The notes beneath the pieces were generated by a model. The model searched no databases, was not told where the DNA came from, and saw only the letters and a program-made list of their open reading frames with translations. 64,000 nt of DNA from the NCBI GenBank assembly GCA_965223325.1, contig CBDCWI010000001.1, forward strand, positions 2,048,001 through 2,112,000. Reading direction: 5' to 3'. This DNA is from Candidatus Multivoradales bacterium. GTDB taxonomy: Bacteria; Acidobacteriota; Thermoanaerobaculia; Multivoradales; Multivoraceae. Below are positions 1 through 9,442 of this stretch, in pieces (the stretch's first letter is position 1; every line of letters begins with the position of its first letter). The translations under genes and the position numbers were made by a program.

Positions 1-1396
1 CTTGGCCGATGCTGGTGTCGCTCCAGCCCAGGCGCAGCGTCTGCAGAGTCGTTGCCGACTCGATGCTCTGCACTTCGGTGGTCAGGTACTGGTTGCGCGA
101 AACGAAGGAGCGCGGAAACTGCGGGAAGTCAGTCGGCAGAAGCTGTTCAGCGTCGTCCAATGTGTAACGTGCGAACCATCGGAGTTTGGGAGCGCGCGTG
201 TAGTCGAGGCGCCCTTGTAGAAAGTCCTGCTCGAGTTCCTGATTGAACGGGAAGGTGAACTGCGCCAGGCCGCCACCAATCGTGCTGCCGTTGGGAAGCG
301 GGTAGGCGTCGAGGTAGGGCCGCACACTCGGGTGGACTCCCACGTCGCGAAGACCTCCAGGAGCCGCCGCGTCAGGAAGGAAACCAAGACGAGCCTGGTC
401 ATCAGGCACGATTGTGGTGATGGTCTTGCCGAGTTCTTCGCGCAGACCTTCGTAGCCGAAGAAGAAGAACAGCCGGTCCTCACGGATGGGCCCGCCGATG
501 GTGCCGCCGAACTGGTTGCGCTCGAACTCGGGCTTTCCACCCTGGTCGAAATAGTTTCGCGAATCGAAACGGTCGTTCCTGTGGTACTCGAAGACACTGC
601 CGCGCAGCTGGTTGCTGCCGCTCTTGGTCAGCGCCGTGACCTGACCGCCGTAGTTGCGGCCGTACTGAGCGTTGTAGGCGTTGGTGAGGACCCTGAACTC
701 GCGAATCGTCTCGGTACCGAGGGCGGTGCTCGCCGCACTTCCCGCGGGCCCATTGGTGAAGTCGTTGAGGAGCGTCCCATCGAGCAGGTAGACGTTCGAG
801 CGCGGGTCGAGACCGTTGACGCTCAATCCCTGGCCATGCGCGACGACCGAACCACCGTCGCGCTGGCGGAACTCCTGGACGTTGGGTTGCAGGAGCGCGA
901 GATCGGTGTAGTTCCTACCGTTGAGCGGTAGCGTCTCGATCGACTCGGCACTCACCAGGAAGCCGAGATCGCCAGAAACCCTGTTGATGGGCGGCGGTTG
1001 CCCGGAGACTGTGAGGCTTTCGCTAACCGCCCCGACGGCAAGAGTCAGGTCGAGCGAGGTGGTCTCACCCACCGAAACCTCGAGTTCGGGAACCTCCAGG
1101 GTCTTGAACCCAGGAGCCTCAACGATCAAGAAATAGGCCCCCACCGGCAGCGAGGGCAACGTGAAGCTACCGTCGGCGGCACTCACAACGAGCCGGCCGG
1201 TCGACGTCTCGGTGTGCTCGACCGTCACTTCTGCACCTCTGACCGCGGCGCCCTCTGAATCGAGAACGCGACCGCGCACCGCGCCGGTGGTCTGAGCCCC
1301 CAAAGACCCAGCGACCAGTAGGGCAAGCACGAGGGCCGCGGTGGTTTTCCTCGCGGTGAGATCGAGGGGTACCCCGCATCGGCTGGCGGAGTTCAT
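1..1396 (-). CDS. TonB-dependent receptor (Oar-like, N-terminal carboxypeptidase-regulatory-like domain), 3' part outside the window
   Basis: Not in the ORF track because it runs off the edge. Manual translation from ATG 1396 gives a signal peptide then AQTTGAVRGRVLDSEGAAVRGAEVTV, IETLPLNGRNYTDLALLQP, SNVYLLDG, IREFRVLTNAYNAQYGR, TKSGSNQLRGSVFEYHRND and RNQFGGTIGGPI. Confidence 0.92.
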   Translation of the reverse strand, partial: MNSASRCGVPLDLTARKTTAALVLALLVAGSLGAQTTGAVRGRVLDSEGAAVRGAEVTVEHTETSTGRLVVSAADGSFTLPSLPVGAYFLIVEAPGFKTLEVPELEVSVGETTSLDLTLAVGAVSESLTVSGQPPPINRVSGDLGFLVSAESIETLPLNGRNYTDLALLQPNVQEFRQRDGGSVVAHGQGLSVNGLDPRSNVYLLDGTLLNDFTNGPAGSAASTALGTETIREFRVLTNAYNAQYGRNYGGQVTALTKSGSNQLRGSVFEYHRNDRFDSRNYFDQGGKPEFERNQFGGTIGGPIREDRLFFFFGYEGLREELGKTITTIVPDDQARLGFLPDAAAPGGLRDVGVHPSVRPYLDAYPLPNGSTIGGGLAQFTFPFNQELEQDFLQGRLDYTRAPKLRWFARYTLDDAEQLLPTDFPQFPRSFVSRNQYLTTEVQSIESATTLQTLRLGWSDTSIGQ

Positions 1397-1608
1397 GGTT
1401 TCGTTTGATCCCAGGCGTTTGCGGCGACGAGGACGGGCAAAGCCACGAGCCAGCAGAGACCCGGCCCGAACTGACGCTGTTTGGGGGCCTCGGTGATTCG
1501 ATCGATTGACGGTTTAGCACCCACGACACCCAACGCTACTGCAACGCGCCGAGCCTGCCATCTGTGGAGAGTACGGAACTCACCCGGCAGCGAAGCGTCC
1601 CGTGCCGC

Positions 1609-2889
1609 CTATCCCCAGACCCGCCTGGCCACCGCCTCGCCGAGCGCCTCCATGAACGGCGTTGCGACCTCGTCGTACTCGTACTGGTCGTCGTTGAGAG
1701 CCTCGTTCTCATTGGTGTAGAGCGTTGCGGCGAGAAAGAACGAGCGGCCAGTCTCGGAGTCGACGACGTAGGCATTCTCGGTACTGAAGCCGTAGGCCTG
1801 ACCGGTCTTGTTGTAGATCACCACCCTGTCGGAAGGAACGACCCGGGCGACCCCGGGACGAAGGGCTTTGACGTAGTCGTCGGGGTACTCGTTGGGGTCA
1901 TAGACCGGGTTTTTCGACTGGCGCGGGAGCTGCGACATCGCCTCGAGCAAGAGCTCGCGGTCTTCGGGGCGCAGGGCAAAGCCGGAGCCATTGCAGTCGA
2001 CATCGGGACGCACGACCATGCAGAGCCCGCGCTGCAGATCGACCAGGCTGATCTGGTTCTTGACGCTCATGTCCATCGGCTTCTTGATGCGTTCACCGCC
2101 CTGCATGTGGGCCTTGCCGACCTGCAGTCGCGGAGCGGGTGGGATCGGCCGCAAGGGCTCTGATTCGCGCGCATCCTGCCAGTACTCGAAGGTGTCCCCC
2201 CGAAAGCTGATCTCCGGGTAGCGACGGTTGTCCTCCGGACTGCGTGCCTCGGAGAGGCGGTGCACGATGCGCGGATACACCAGGCCGGCATTCTCGAGCG
2301 AGCGCATCAAGCCGTCCTGACCGACCATTTCGTAGAGCCGGTTGTAGGCCTGGTTGTCGCTGACCAGGAACAGTTTGCGGATCTCGTGACGGGTCGTGAT
2401 CACCCCTCCCACGAGGTTCGAAGGGTCGGCCGCCTCTCGCACTTCGTCGGCAAACAACGGCTCATAGACCAGAGCCGTATCGACGTCGATGTCGTGGCGG
2501 GTGGTGCGACGCAGGGCCTCGAGATGCTCGAGAGCCGCGATCGCGGCGAACATCTTGACGCTGCTCGCCGGGTAGAAGTACTCGGCGCCGGCACGGTAGG
2601 TCCGCTGTGCCAGTCGCGGCCCCGCTGCCGTTTCTTCGACCGTTCCCAAGACGATCTGAAGACGGTGACGCTCGGCCTCGGCGGCCACTCTCTGAAGATC
2701 GGGATTGGAGGTGAGCAGGTCAGCCAACAGCGGGTCCTTCTCCCTGCTCCCTCTGTTGTAGCTCTCCTCGGCACTTCTCACCCTGGCCTCCCCTGGTTCG
2801 CTGGCAGCGACTCCCGGCTGGCTCGACCGGCACGCCAGACACACGAGGGCGACCGCCAGCGACGCGACGGTCAACGTCGTGGGCTTCAT
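1609..2889 (-). CDS. Serine hydrolase lipoprotein (class A beta-lactamase-like fold)
   Basis: Lipobox-like CLAC; YFYPASSVK (SxxK), VSDN (SDN) and NKTG motifs. Confidence 0.82.
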   Translation of the reverse strand: MKPTTLTVASLAVALVCLACRSSQPGVAASEPGEARVRSAEESYNRGSREKDPLLADLLTSNPDLQRVAAEAERHRLQIVLGTVEETAAGPRLAQRTYRAGAEYFYPASSVKMFAAIAALEHLEALRRTTRHDIDVDTALVYEPLFADEVREAADPSNLVGGVITTRHEIRKLFLVSDNQAYNRLYEMVGQDGLMRSLENAGLVYPRIVHRLSEARSPEDNRRYPEISFRGDTFEYWQDARESEPLRPIPPAPRLQVGKAHMQGGERIKKPMDMSVKNQISLVDLQRGLCMVVRPDVDCNGSGFALRPEDRELLLEAMSQLPRQSKNPVYDPNEYPDDYVKALRPGVARVVPSDRVVIYNKTGQAYGFSTENAYVVDSETGRSFFLAATLYTNENEALNDDQYEYDEVATPFMEALGEAVARRVWG

Positions 2890-4277
2890 CGTTTCCCTCC
2901 GAGCGCAATCGCACGCGGTTCCATCTCGTTGGAGAGCCGCGACGCCCAGACTTCCCGCTCGGCAACCACTCGCGCCTGGCGGCCGGTCACTAGCACTTCG
3001 GCAGGGCGGCCGTGATCGTTGTAGTTCGATGCCATCGACATACTGTACGCCCCGGCACCGAAGACCGCGATGAGATCTCCACGCGCGAGGGGCGGCAGGG
3101 CCCGGCCGCGAGCCAGGAAATCACCGGTCTCACAGATCGGCCCAACCACGTCGGTGAGCTCCAGTTCCTTGCCGCCGGTCCCCGGATCGACGTTGCGCCG
3201 CGGCGCCTCGCCGGACCACTCCACCGGCCATATGAAGTGAAAGGCGCCGTAGAGCGCTGGACGAATCAGAGCGTTCATGCCGGCATCACAAATCAGGAAG
3301 CGGCGATCTCGCCCCTCCTTTCGGTGTTCGACTCGAGTAACCAGAACACCCGCATTGGCAACCAGGTAGCGCCCCGGTTCGAGCACGATCTCGATGCCGC
3401 GTGCCACAACGTCGCTGAGGAGCGGCACCATTTCCGCCGCATACTCCGCGATGTCGGGAGGCGCACCCTCGCCGTAGTCCACCGGAAAACCGCCACCGAG
3501 GTCGAGCACCTCCAGGCGATGCCCCCGCGCCTCGAGCTCCTCGGCGAGGTGGAGAACGACCCGCAGGGTCTCGACATAGGGCGCGACCTTTGGCACCAAC
3601 GAACCAATGTGTACGTGCAGCCCCACCAGCTGGACCGCTTCGCGATCACCCGACTTCGCATGGCTGTCGAACAGTTCGAGCACCTCGCCGACGTCGATCC
3701 CGAACTTGTTCTCCTGCCGACCGGTGGCGATGAACTGGTGCGTCTTGGGATCGACGTCGGGGTTGATGCGCACACAGGCGCGAGCACTCTGCCCGACCTC
3801 CGCTGCAATCTCGGTGAGGCGATCGAGCTCACTCTGCGACTCGATGTTGAAGAGGCCAACGGGTCCGCGCTCGTCGGCCGATCCCGTCGCCAGGTGCTGA
3901 AAGTCTGGAGCGAGGAGGCTGTGGCGACCGTCGAGAGCTGCGCGAACCTCTGCATCGCTCTTGCCGACCCCGGCAAAGACGACTTCAGACATCGGCGTGC
4001 CTGCGAGCCAGGCTCGTTCGAGCTCGCCTCCGGAGACCACGTCCATTCCGGCGCCGAGATCACGGATTGCACGACAAACGTGCAGGTTGGGACACGCCTT
4101 GACGGCAAAGTGCACTCGCGGCTCGATCGCAGCGAAGGCGCCCTGCAGTCGCTCCCAGGCAGAACAGATCAAGCCGGTCGAATAGACATAGGTGGGCGTG
4201 CCAACCGCGGTCACAATCTCCTCGATCGCTACCTCTTCAGCGTAGAGCGTGCCGCCGCGCCAGTGAAAGCCATCCAT
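2886..4277 (-). CDS. lysA: Diaminopimelate decarboxylase
   Basis: GTPTYVYS, HFAVKAC (PLP Lys), DVVSGGEL, HVHIGS, LDLGGGF, EPGRYLV, VVGPICETGDFL, GAYSMSMASNYN. Start taken at MDGFHW (4277). Confidence 0.93.
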   Translation of the reverse strand: MDGFHWRGGTLYAEEVAIEEIVTAVGTPTYVYSTGLICSAWERLQGAFAAIEPRVHFAVKACPNLHVCRAIRDLGAGMDVVSGGELERAWLAGTPMSEVVFAGVGKSDAEVRAALDGRHSLLAPDFQHLATGSADERGPVGLFNIESQSELDRLTEIAAEVGQSARACVRINPDVDPKTHQFIATGRQENKFGIDVGEVLELFDSHAKSGDREAVQLVGLHVHIGSLVPKVAPYVETLRVVLHLAEELEARGHRLEVLDLGGGFPVDYGEGAPPDIAEYAAEMVPLLSDVVARGIEIVLEPGRYLVANAGVLVTRVEHRKEGRDRRFLICDAGMNALIRPALYGAFHFIWPVEWSGEAPRRNVDPGTGGKELELTDVVGPICETGDFLARGRALPPLARGDLIAVFGAGAYSMSMASNYNDHGRPAEVLVTGRQARVVAEREVWASRLSNEMEPRAIALGGKR

Positions 4278-4384
4278 TGCCAGCGAGCGTATCGCCCTCA
4301 ACGGTAAAAGTGGTTGCAGCGCCTCAGGCGTTGCAACCACTCAGGAATGAGGGCGGCTGATGCGAAGTGGCCTCGAGATCGTGC

Positions 4385-4537
4385 CTATTGCGCAGCGATC
4401 CAGAGCATCGGCACGATCAACCAGGCCAGGCCCTTGACCAGGAAGAACAGGAAACCGGCCGCGCCGAAGCGCATGAGCAGCCCGCGGATACCCCTCCGAT
4501 CCTTCGCCGCTTCGTCGAGTGGCTTGGTTCTCTTCAC
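4385..4537 (-). CDS. Small single-TM membrane protein (50 aa)
   Basis: GTG start overlaps the upstream TGA (GTGA). Sequence ends RFGAAGFLFFLVKGLAWLIVPMLWIAAQ, a GFLFFLxKGLxW pattern I recall from a widespread small-protein family. Confidence 0.7.
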   Translation of the reverse strand: MKRTKPLDEAAKDRRGIRGLLMRFGAAGFLFFLVKGLAWLIVPMLWIAAQ

Positions 4538-5313
4538 GACAGTCCGCCCGTCGACACACTCGTTGCCGCGACTTCCTGCTGAGTACGCTTGGTTCCCGGA
4601 ACCAACATCGGAACCCGCTTGCGGTAGTTCTCGTACGACGCACCGTGTTCGGCCATCAGGTCGCGTTCTTCGAGCTGAATCGCCACCACGATGTAGACGG
4701 TGGTCATGATCGCGAACACCAGATGTGCGGCGGTCATCCGGGGGGTGAACCAGAAGGCGAGGATGAAGCCAACGTAGAGCGGATGGCGCACGATCTTGTA
4801 GGGCCATGGCTCGACGAAGGGCACTGGGGTGTAGGGCCGGTTGCGGAGGTACAGCCAGACCTGGCGCAGCCCGAACAGGTCGAAATGGTTGATCAAGAAG
4901 GTGCTCGAGAAGACCAGCACCCAGCCGAACACGAAACCGGCGTAGCTAGTGATCCGCGCGGCGTTCGACTCGAACTCCCAGATCACCCCGCCGAGAGGCT
5001 GCCAGAAGATGAACATCGCGATCAGGCATAGGCTCGAGAGCAGCACGTAGACCGAGCGCTCGAGCTCCTCGGGAACGATCTTCGTCCACCACCGCTTCCA
5101 CGCCGGGCGCGCCATCACGCTGTGCTGAATCGCGAAGATCGACAAAAGGGCAAGGTCGATGGCCAGGGCCTTGCCGAGCGGAACGGTGGGGACACCGTCT
5201 ACCGCTGTGGGTACGAGAAAGCCGCCGACCCAGGCGATGGCATAGAGAATCGTGCCCAGAAAGGCCAGGTAGCAGACGGTGCCGAAGGCGAAGTAGCTAA
5301 TACGTCGAATCAT
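4534..5313 (-). CDS. mddA: Methanethiol S-methyltransferase MddA-like (ICMT/NnrU membrane methyltransferase family)
   Basis: FAIQHSVMARPAWKRWW, ERSVYVLLSS, STFLINHFDLFGLRQV, YKIVRHPLYVGFILAFW, EERDL...YRKRVPML. Confidence 0.8.
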   Translation of the reverse strand: MIRRISYFAFGTVCYLAFLGTILYAIAWVGGFLVPTAVDGVPTVPLGKALAIDLALLSIFAIQHSVMARPAWKRWWTKIVPEELERSVYVLLSSLCLIAMFIFWQPLGGVIWEFESNAARITSYAGFVFGWVLVFSSTFLINHFDLFGLRQVWLYLRNRPYTPVPFVEPWPYKIVRHPLYVGFILAFWFTPRMTAAHLVFAIMTTVYIVVAIQLEERDLMAEHGASYENYRKRVPMLVPGTKRTQQEVAATSVSTGGLS

Positions 5314-5398
5314 GGTCAGTTCCCTCACAGTCGTTCGTGGTCCTACTGGGGGAACGCAGACCCGGGCAGAAACCCGCCACCCCGGCCGCAAAATCTTC

Positions 5399-8300
5399 TT
5401 AGCGGGTGTTGCGCAGGAAGCGCAGAAGATCGAGGATCTCTTCTTCTTCGAGAGTGACCAACAGCCCCGACGGCATCGGCGAAAGCGATGTACGCGAGAG
5501 GGTCTTGATGTCGCTGCGCGCGACGGTGGTCACACGCTCTGGCTCGAGCGGGTCAGCACGCAGCGACACGCTGTCGGCGTCGCTGGCCACCACGATGCCC
5601 ACCAGCAGGCGGCCATCACGTTTCTCGATCACCGTGGTCTCGTACTCCTCGGCCACCGTCGCACTTGGATCGAGCACGTGGCGCAGCGTTTCGACAGCGT
5701 CGTAGCGCGACCCGAGATCGTCCAGCGCCGGGCCGAGGTCGCCACCCTCGCCGTTCTTGGCATGACACTTGGAGCAGCCGACGGCGACAAACAGCTCGGC
5801 GCCCGCTTCGATCTGTGCACCGGTCGACCAGGGACCCTGCGGCGAGTCCAGAACGACCGGTTCGAGACGCTCGAGACTCCAGGCCTTGACGAACTCGCGC
5901 ACCTCAGTCTGCTCGGTCTCGGCGTCGACCTTGCGCATCACTGGCGGGTCGACGTCGCTGCCCGCAGGCACCACCCGCATGATGCCGTTCATCAAGATCC
6001 AATGACCTGGAAAGGTACATACGAAGGGATAGAGGCCAGGCTCCTCGGGCGTCAGGAATGCCAAGGCTGCGCTCTGGCCAGGAAGAACGAGCGGTGTTGC
6101 GCGGATGACTTCGTCATTCCAGCGAGGAACGTAGTTCGCCGCCTCGGCGGCCGCCGGATCTGTGCGCGCCATCTGCTCGGCCATCTCGCCAACGTCTTCG
6201 AGCCCACCTGGTTGGGTCACCACCAGGTTGTGGGGCATCACATCGGGGTTCTCGAGGCGGATCTCGAGCGGTCGTCCGGCTTGGACGGAGAACTCGAGCG
6301 TGTCGAAGACCATCTGATGCGGAACCGGCCGAATGGTGATCTGTTGGATGGCACGCTGGGAAATCGTCGTCGCCAGCTGATCGATCGCTTCTGAGCGCAC
6401 CGCGCCAGACACCAACCGGTCGGCGGTGTCGACCCAACGGCGCACGTTGGGCGCTGTGAGCTCGGCGACCGACACGGCCCGGAGGTGGCGGTCGAGGGCC
6501 AAGGTGAGCTCGTGCTGGCGCCCTAGATGGCCAAGGGTCGAAACCACGGCGGACGGGTCGTTCGCGGTCAGCCCATCGAGTGCCTCAGCGGCAACTCCCG
6601 CGCGACCAGGACCGTCCTCGGCCAGCCGATCGAGGAGCACCGCGAACGTCTCTTCGCCGTCGTCTGGCATGCTCGAAAGCGCCGCGATCGCGTGACGGCG
6701 GACCTCGTTTGCCGAGTCCACCACCAGCCGCAGGCCGCCCGGGTCACTCTCGGGACGTCTGAAGCCGCGCAACTCGAAAACTTTTCGCTCTCCCGCCAGG
6801 GCGACGATCGAGAGGCGATCGCTCGCCAGGCGACCGGTACTCGGGTCGGGCAGCCGGAGGACCACCTGGCCGATCGAAACCGGCCTGGAGAGCCGCACCT
6901 CGAGCCAGGGCGACTGCTCGAAGAAGGTCGCCGAAGCGGTTTCGCGTTCGCCATCAACGGCCAGCGCCGCGACGCCGTCGCGCGAGGTGCTCGACTGCTC
7001 GGCCTCAATAGGAGCACCTCGAAGCACCGGCCTGCCTTCGCGGTCCAACACCTCGACCTCGGCGATCTGTAGCATCCCGCGACCACCGAGCGCCAACCGG
7101 ATCCTGTCCACCGGCTGCGCGAGGACGTCCGCGAGTGCCGGAGGTGTCTCGCGCGTCATCCGCTCAACGGTTCCCCACGCACGCTGGCGAAGATCGGGAG
7201 GAAAGCGAGCCAGGGCGCGGAGGGCCAGCAGGGTCGAGTCGACTCCAGCTGCTCCGCTCAAATCGGGAAGCTCGCCCGTGCGGGCAGCGTTGGCGGCCAG
7301 CAACCACTCGGCAGTTGCAAGGAGCCGCGCCTGTTGCCCGAAGGTCGAAAGGCGCACCGCCAACTCGGAGTCGACGCCCTCGGGGGAGTCTCCAAAAAGC
7401 TCCAGCAGAGCTCTGCCCAGCCGGGCGACGGACCCCTCCTCGCCCGCCGCGTCGGCCTCGGCAAGGCGGTCTAGAAGGAGCGCCGCTCGCTGTTCTCCAG
7501 CAGCCTCCTCGAGAAGCGCAAGCGCCTGGTCGGCGACCTCCGGTGCCACGTCGGGGCGCAGGAGAAGCGCACGCAGAACCGACGGCTCTTGCGGCAGATC
7601 CAACAGCCGCTCGGTTTCGAGGCGTGCGAGCAGAAACTGGCGGTGGTTCTCCGCCAGGTCGGTCCACCAGGATCCGGAGCCGAGCGCCGGCGCCCAATGA
7701 GGTTCGAGCGTGTCGACGGTCTCACCAATCACGTAGTCGAGGTAGTCGTCGCGTGGTTGATCGAGGGCCGCGAGCGCAATCTGGGCCGCCCCCTTGCCTG
7801 CGAGGAAACTGGCAGCGAGCACGGCTTCGAGCCGCACGCGCGGATGCGGGTCTCGCACGAGTTTCTCGAGCCGCTTCGGGGCGCCATCGATCTGGTCGCG
7901 CCAGAAGCGCAACACGCGGGTTGCCGCCGCCCGCGCGCGCGGCTCAGGCGAACCGAGGACCTCGTCGAGAAGAGCGGTGTCGACCTCGCCGAGCATCTGA
8001 TGGAGCCATAGCGCCTCGAGATGGCGATGCTCGCGTGGAGCGAGAACCACCTGGTTGGCTTCGGGAGCGTCACCGCTTGCTGTGGGCGACGCGAGCCAGG
8101 AGTCGATGGCGGCGAGGACCTCGCTGCGCTCACGTTGCCGCAGCTCGCGTCGTGTCCGGTAGCGCAACCGGTCCTCGTACTGATCGAGGTTCCCGAGGAG
8201 CTCGGCAATCGACGCGCCGGCGACAGGGCGCGGTTCGAGGAGCGCACGCTCGGCATGACGGATGCGCCAGATGCGGCCGTGACCAGTGTCGCGTCGCGGG

Positions 8301-9442
8301 TCGCGTAGCGAGTACTGCATGTGGCCGATCAGCGGATTCCACCAGTCGACGATGTAGAGCGCGCCGTCGGGACCGAACTGGAGATCGACCGGGCGGAAGT
8401 TGATATCGGTCGAATAGAGCAGCGGTTCGACCTCTTCGGAGGTAAACCCCGAGCCTTCATCGATCACCCGGTGTTGCTTGATGCCCTGGAAGCCGATGGT
8501 GTTGTTGATCAGAAAGTTGCCTTGGGCCTCGGGAGGAAAGTGTCGACTGCTGACGATCTCGCAGCCGGCGGTTGGCCGCACCACCGAGGTGAAGACCTTG
8601 AGTGGCCTTCTCTTCATCGGGTACGGGGCGTAGCCGGTGATGGCAGTGCCGAAGTAGTTCGAGCCACCGGAAGCGTCGGCGATGAAGTTCTGGCCCCAGC
8701 GATCGAAGACATGGCCCCAGGGGTTGGCGAACGGGTAGGACACGAAGACCTCGAGCCAGTGGCGCTGCGGTTCGTAGCGGAAGACCCCCGCGTCGACCAG
8801 GCGAACCGGACCCCAGGGCGTTTCGACCTGACTGTGGTGGAAGACCCCTTCCTGGAAGTAGAGAGCGCCACCCGGACCCCAGGTGAAGGCACTGATCGCG
8901 TGGTGGCTGTCCTCTGTTCCAAAGCCGTGCAGGACGACTTCGGAACGGTCGGCGATTTCGTCACCGTCGGTGTCTTCGAAGAACATCAGATCGGGCTGCT
9001 GGGCGACATAGGCGCCGCCGTCGCCGAGCTCGAAACCACCTGGCAGGTGAAGCCCGTCGGCGAACACGGTGTGATGATCGGCACGACCATCGCCATCGCG
9101 GTCTTCGAGAATCACCAGCTTGTCGCGCGGCTCCTCGTCTGGCAGGCGTTGCGGGTAGGAAGGCATCGTCGCAACCCACAGGCGACCCTCGCCATCAAAG
9201 GTGAGCGACACCGGGTTACCGATCGGAAAGTCCTGCTCGCTGGCGAACAACTCGACGACGTACCCATCTGCGACGTGCAGGTGTTCGAGGGCCTTCTCTG
9301 GATCGCGAGTCGAAAGGTCCAGTGTGCCCCCTCGGTTGGGCTCAACCGCCTCGACCCGCTGCGCAAAACCCGGCGAGGTGCCGGACCCGGCAGACGCCAC
9401 GACGCATGCCAGGCCGACCAGGAAACTGCCCCCACGGGTCAA
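5399..9442 (-). CDS. PVC-type membrane-bound dehydrogenase / heme-binding protein with HEAT repeats, F5/8-like domain, cupredoxin domain and CxxCH cytochrome c
   Basis: N-terminal LFASE..FP..NPV, DGDGRADHHTVFADGL, GFGTEDSHH, FRPVD.QFGPDGALYIVDW. HEAT-like RVRLEAVLAAS. Cupredoxin MPHNL and YPFVCTFPGHWILMNG. GCSKCH, GPAL and SPMPSGL. Confidence 0.88.
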   Translation of the reverse strand: MTRGGSFLVGLACVVASAGSGTSPGFAQRVEAVEPNRGGTLDLSTRDPEKALEHLHVADGYVVELFASEQDFPIGNPVSLTFDGEGRLWVATMPSYPQRLPDEEPRDKLVILEDRDGDGRADHHTVFADGLHLPGGFELGDGGAYVAQQPDLMFFEDTDGDEIADRSEVVLHGFGTEDSHHAISAFTWGPGGALYFQEGVFHHSQVETPWGPVRLVDAGVFRYEPQRHWLEVFVSYPFANPWGHVFDRWGQNFIADASGGSNYFGTAITGYAPYPMKRRPLKVFTSVVRPTAGCEIVSSRHFPPEAQGNFLINNTIGFQGIKQHRVIDEGSGFTSEEVEPLLYSTDINFRPVDLQFGPDGALYIVDWWNPLIGHMQYSLRDPRRDTGHGRIWRIRHAERALLEPRPVAGASIAELLGNLDQYEDRLRYRTRRELRQRERSEVLAAIDSWLASPTASGDAPEANQVVLAPREHRHLEALWLHQMLGEVDTALLDEVLGSPEPRARAAATRVLRFWRDQIDGAPKRLEKLVRDPHPRVRLEAVLAASFLAGKGAAQIALAALDQPRDDYLDYVIGETVDTLEPHWAPALGSGSWWTDLAENHRQFLLARLETERLLDLPQEPSVLRALLLRPDVAPEVADQALALLEEAAGEQRAALLLDRLAEADAAGEEGSVARLGRALLELFGDSPEGVDSELAVRLSTFGQQARLLATAEWLLAANAARTGELPDLSGAAGVDSTLLALRALARFPPDLRQRAWGTVERMTRETPPALADVLAQPVDRIRLALGGRGMLQIAEVEVLDREGRPVLRGAPIEAEQSSTSRDGVAALAVDGERETASATFFEQSPWLEVRLSRPVSIGQVVLRLPDPSTGRLASDRLSIVALAGERKVFELRGFRRPESDPGGLRLVVDSANEVRRHAIAALSSMPDDGEETFAVLLDRLAEDGPGRAGVAAEALDGLTANDPSAVVSTLGHLGRQHELTLALDRHLRAVSVAELTAPNVRRWVDTADRLVSGAVRSEAIDQLATTISQRAIQQITIRPVPHQMVFDTLEFSVQAGRPLEIRLENPDVMPHNLVVTQPGGLEDVGEMAEQMARTDPAAAEAANYVPRWNDEVIRATPLVLPGQSAALAFLTPEEPGLYPFVCTFPGHWILMNGIMRVVPAGSDVDPPVMRKVDAETEQTEVREFVKAWSLERLEPVVLDSPQGPWSTGAQIEAGAELFVAVGCSKCHAKNGEGGDLGPALDDLGSRYDAVETLRHVLDPSATVAEEYETTVIEKRDGRLLVGIVVASDADSVSLRADPLEPERVTTVARSDIKTLSRTSLSPMPSGLLVTLEEEEILDLLRFLRNTR

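Noticed and set aside
1397-1608. Possible riboswitch or sigma54 promoter upstream of the first TonB receptor
   Set aside because: No cobalamin or TPP consensus elements, and the GG-to-GC spacing does not fit -24/-12.
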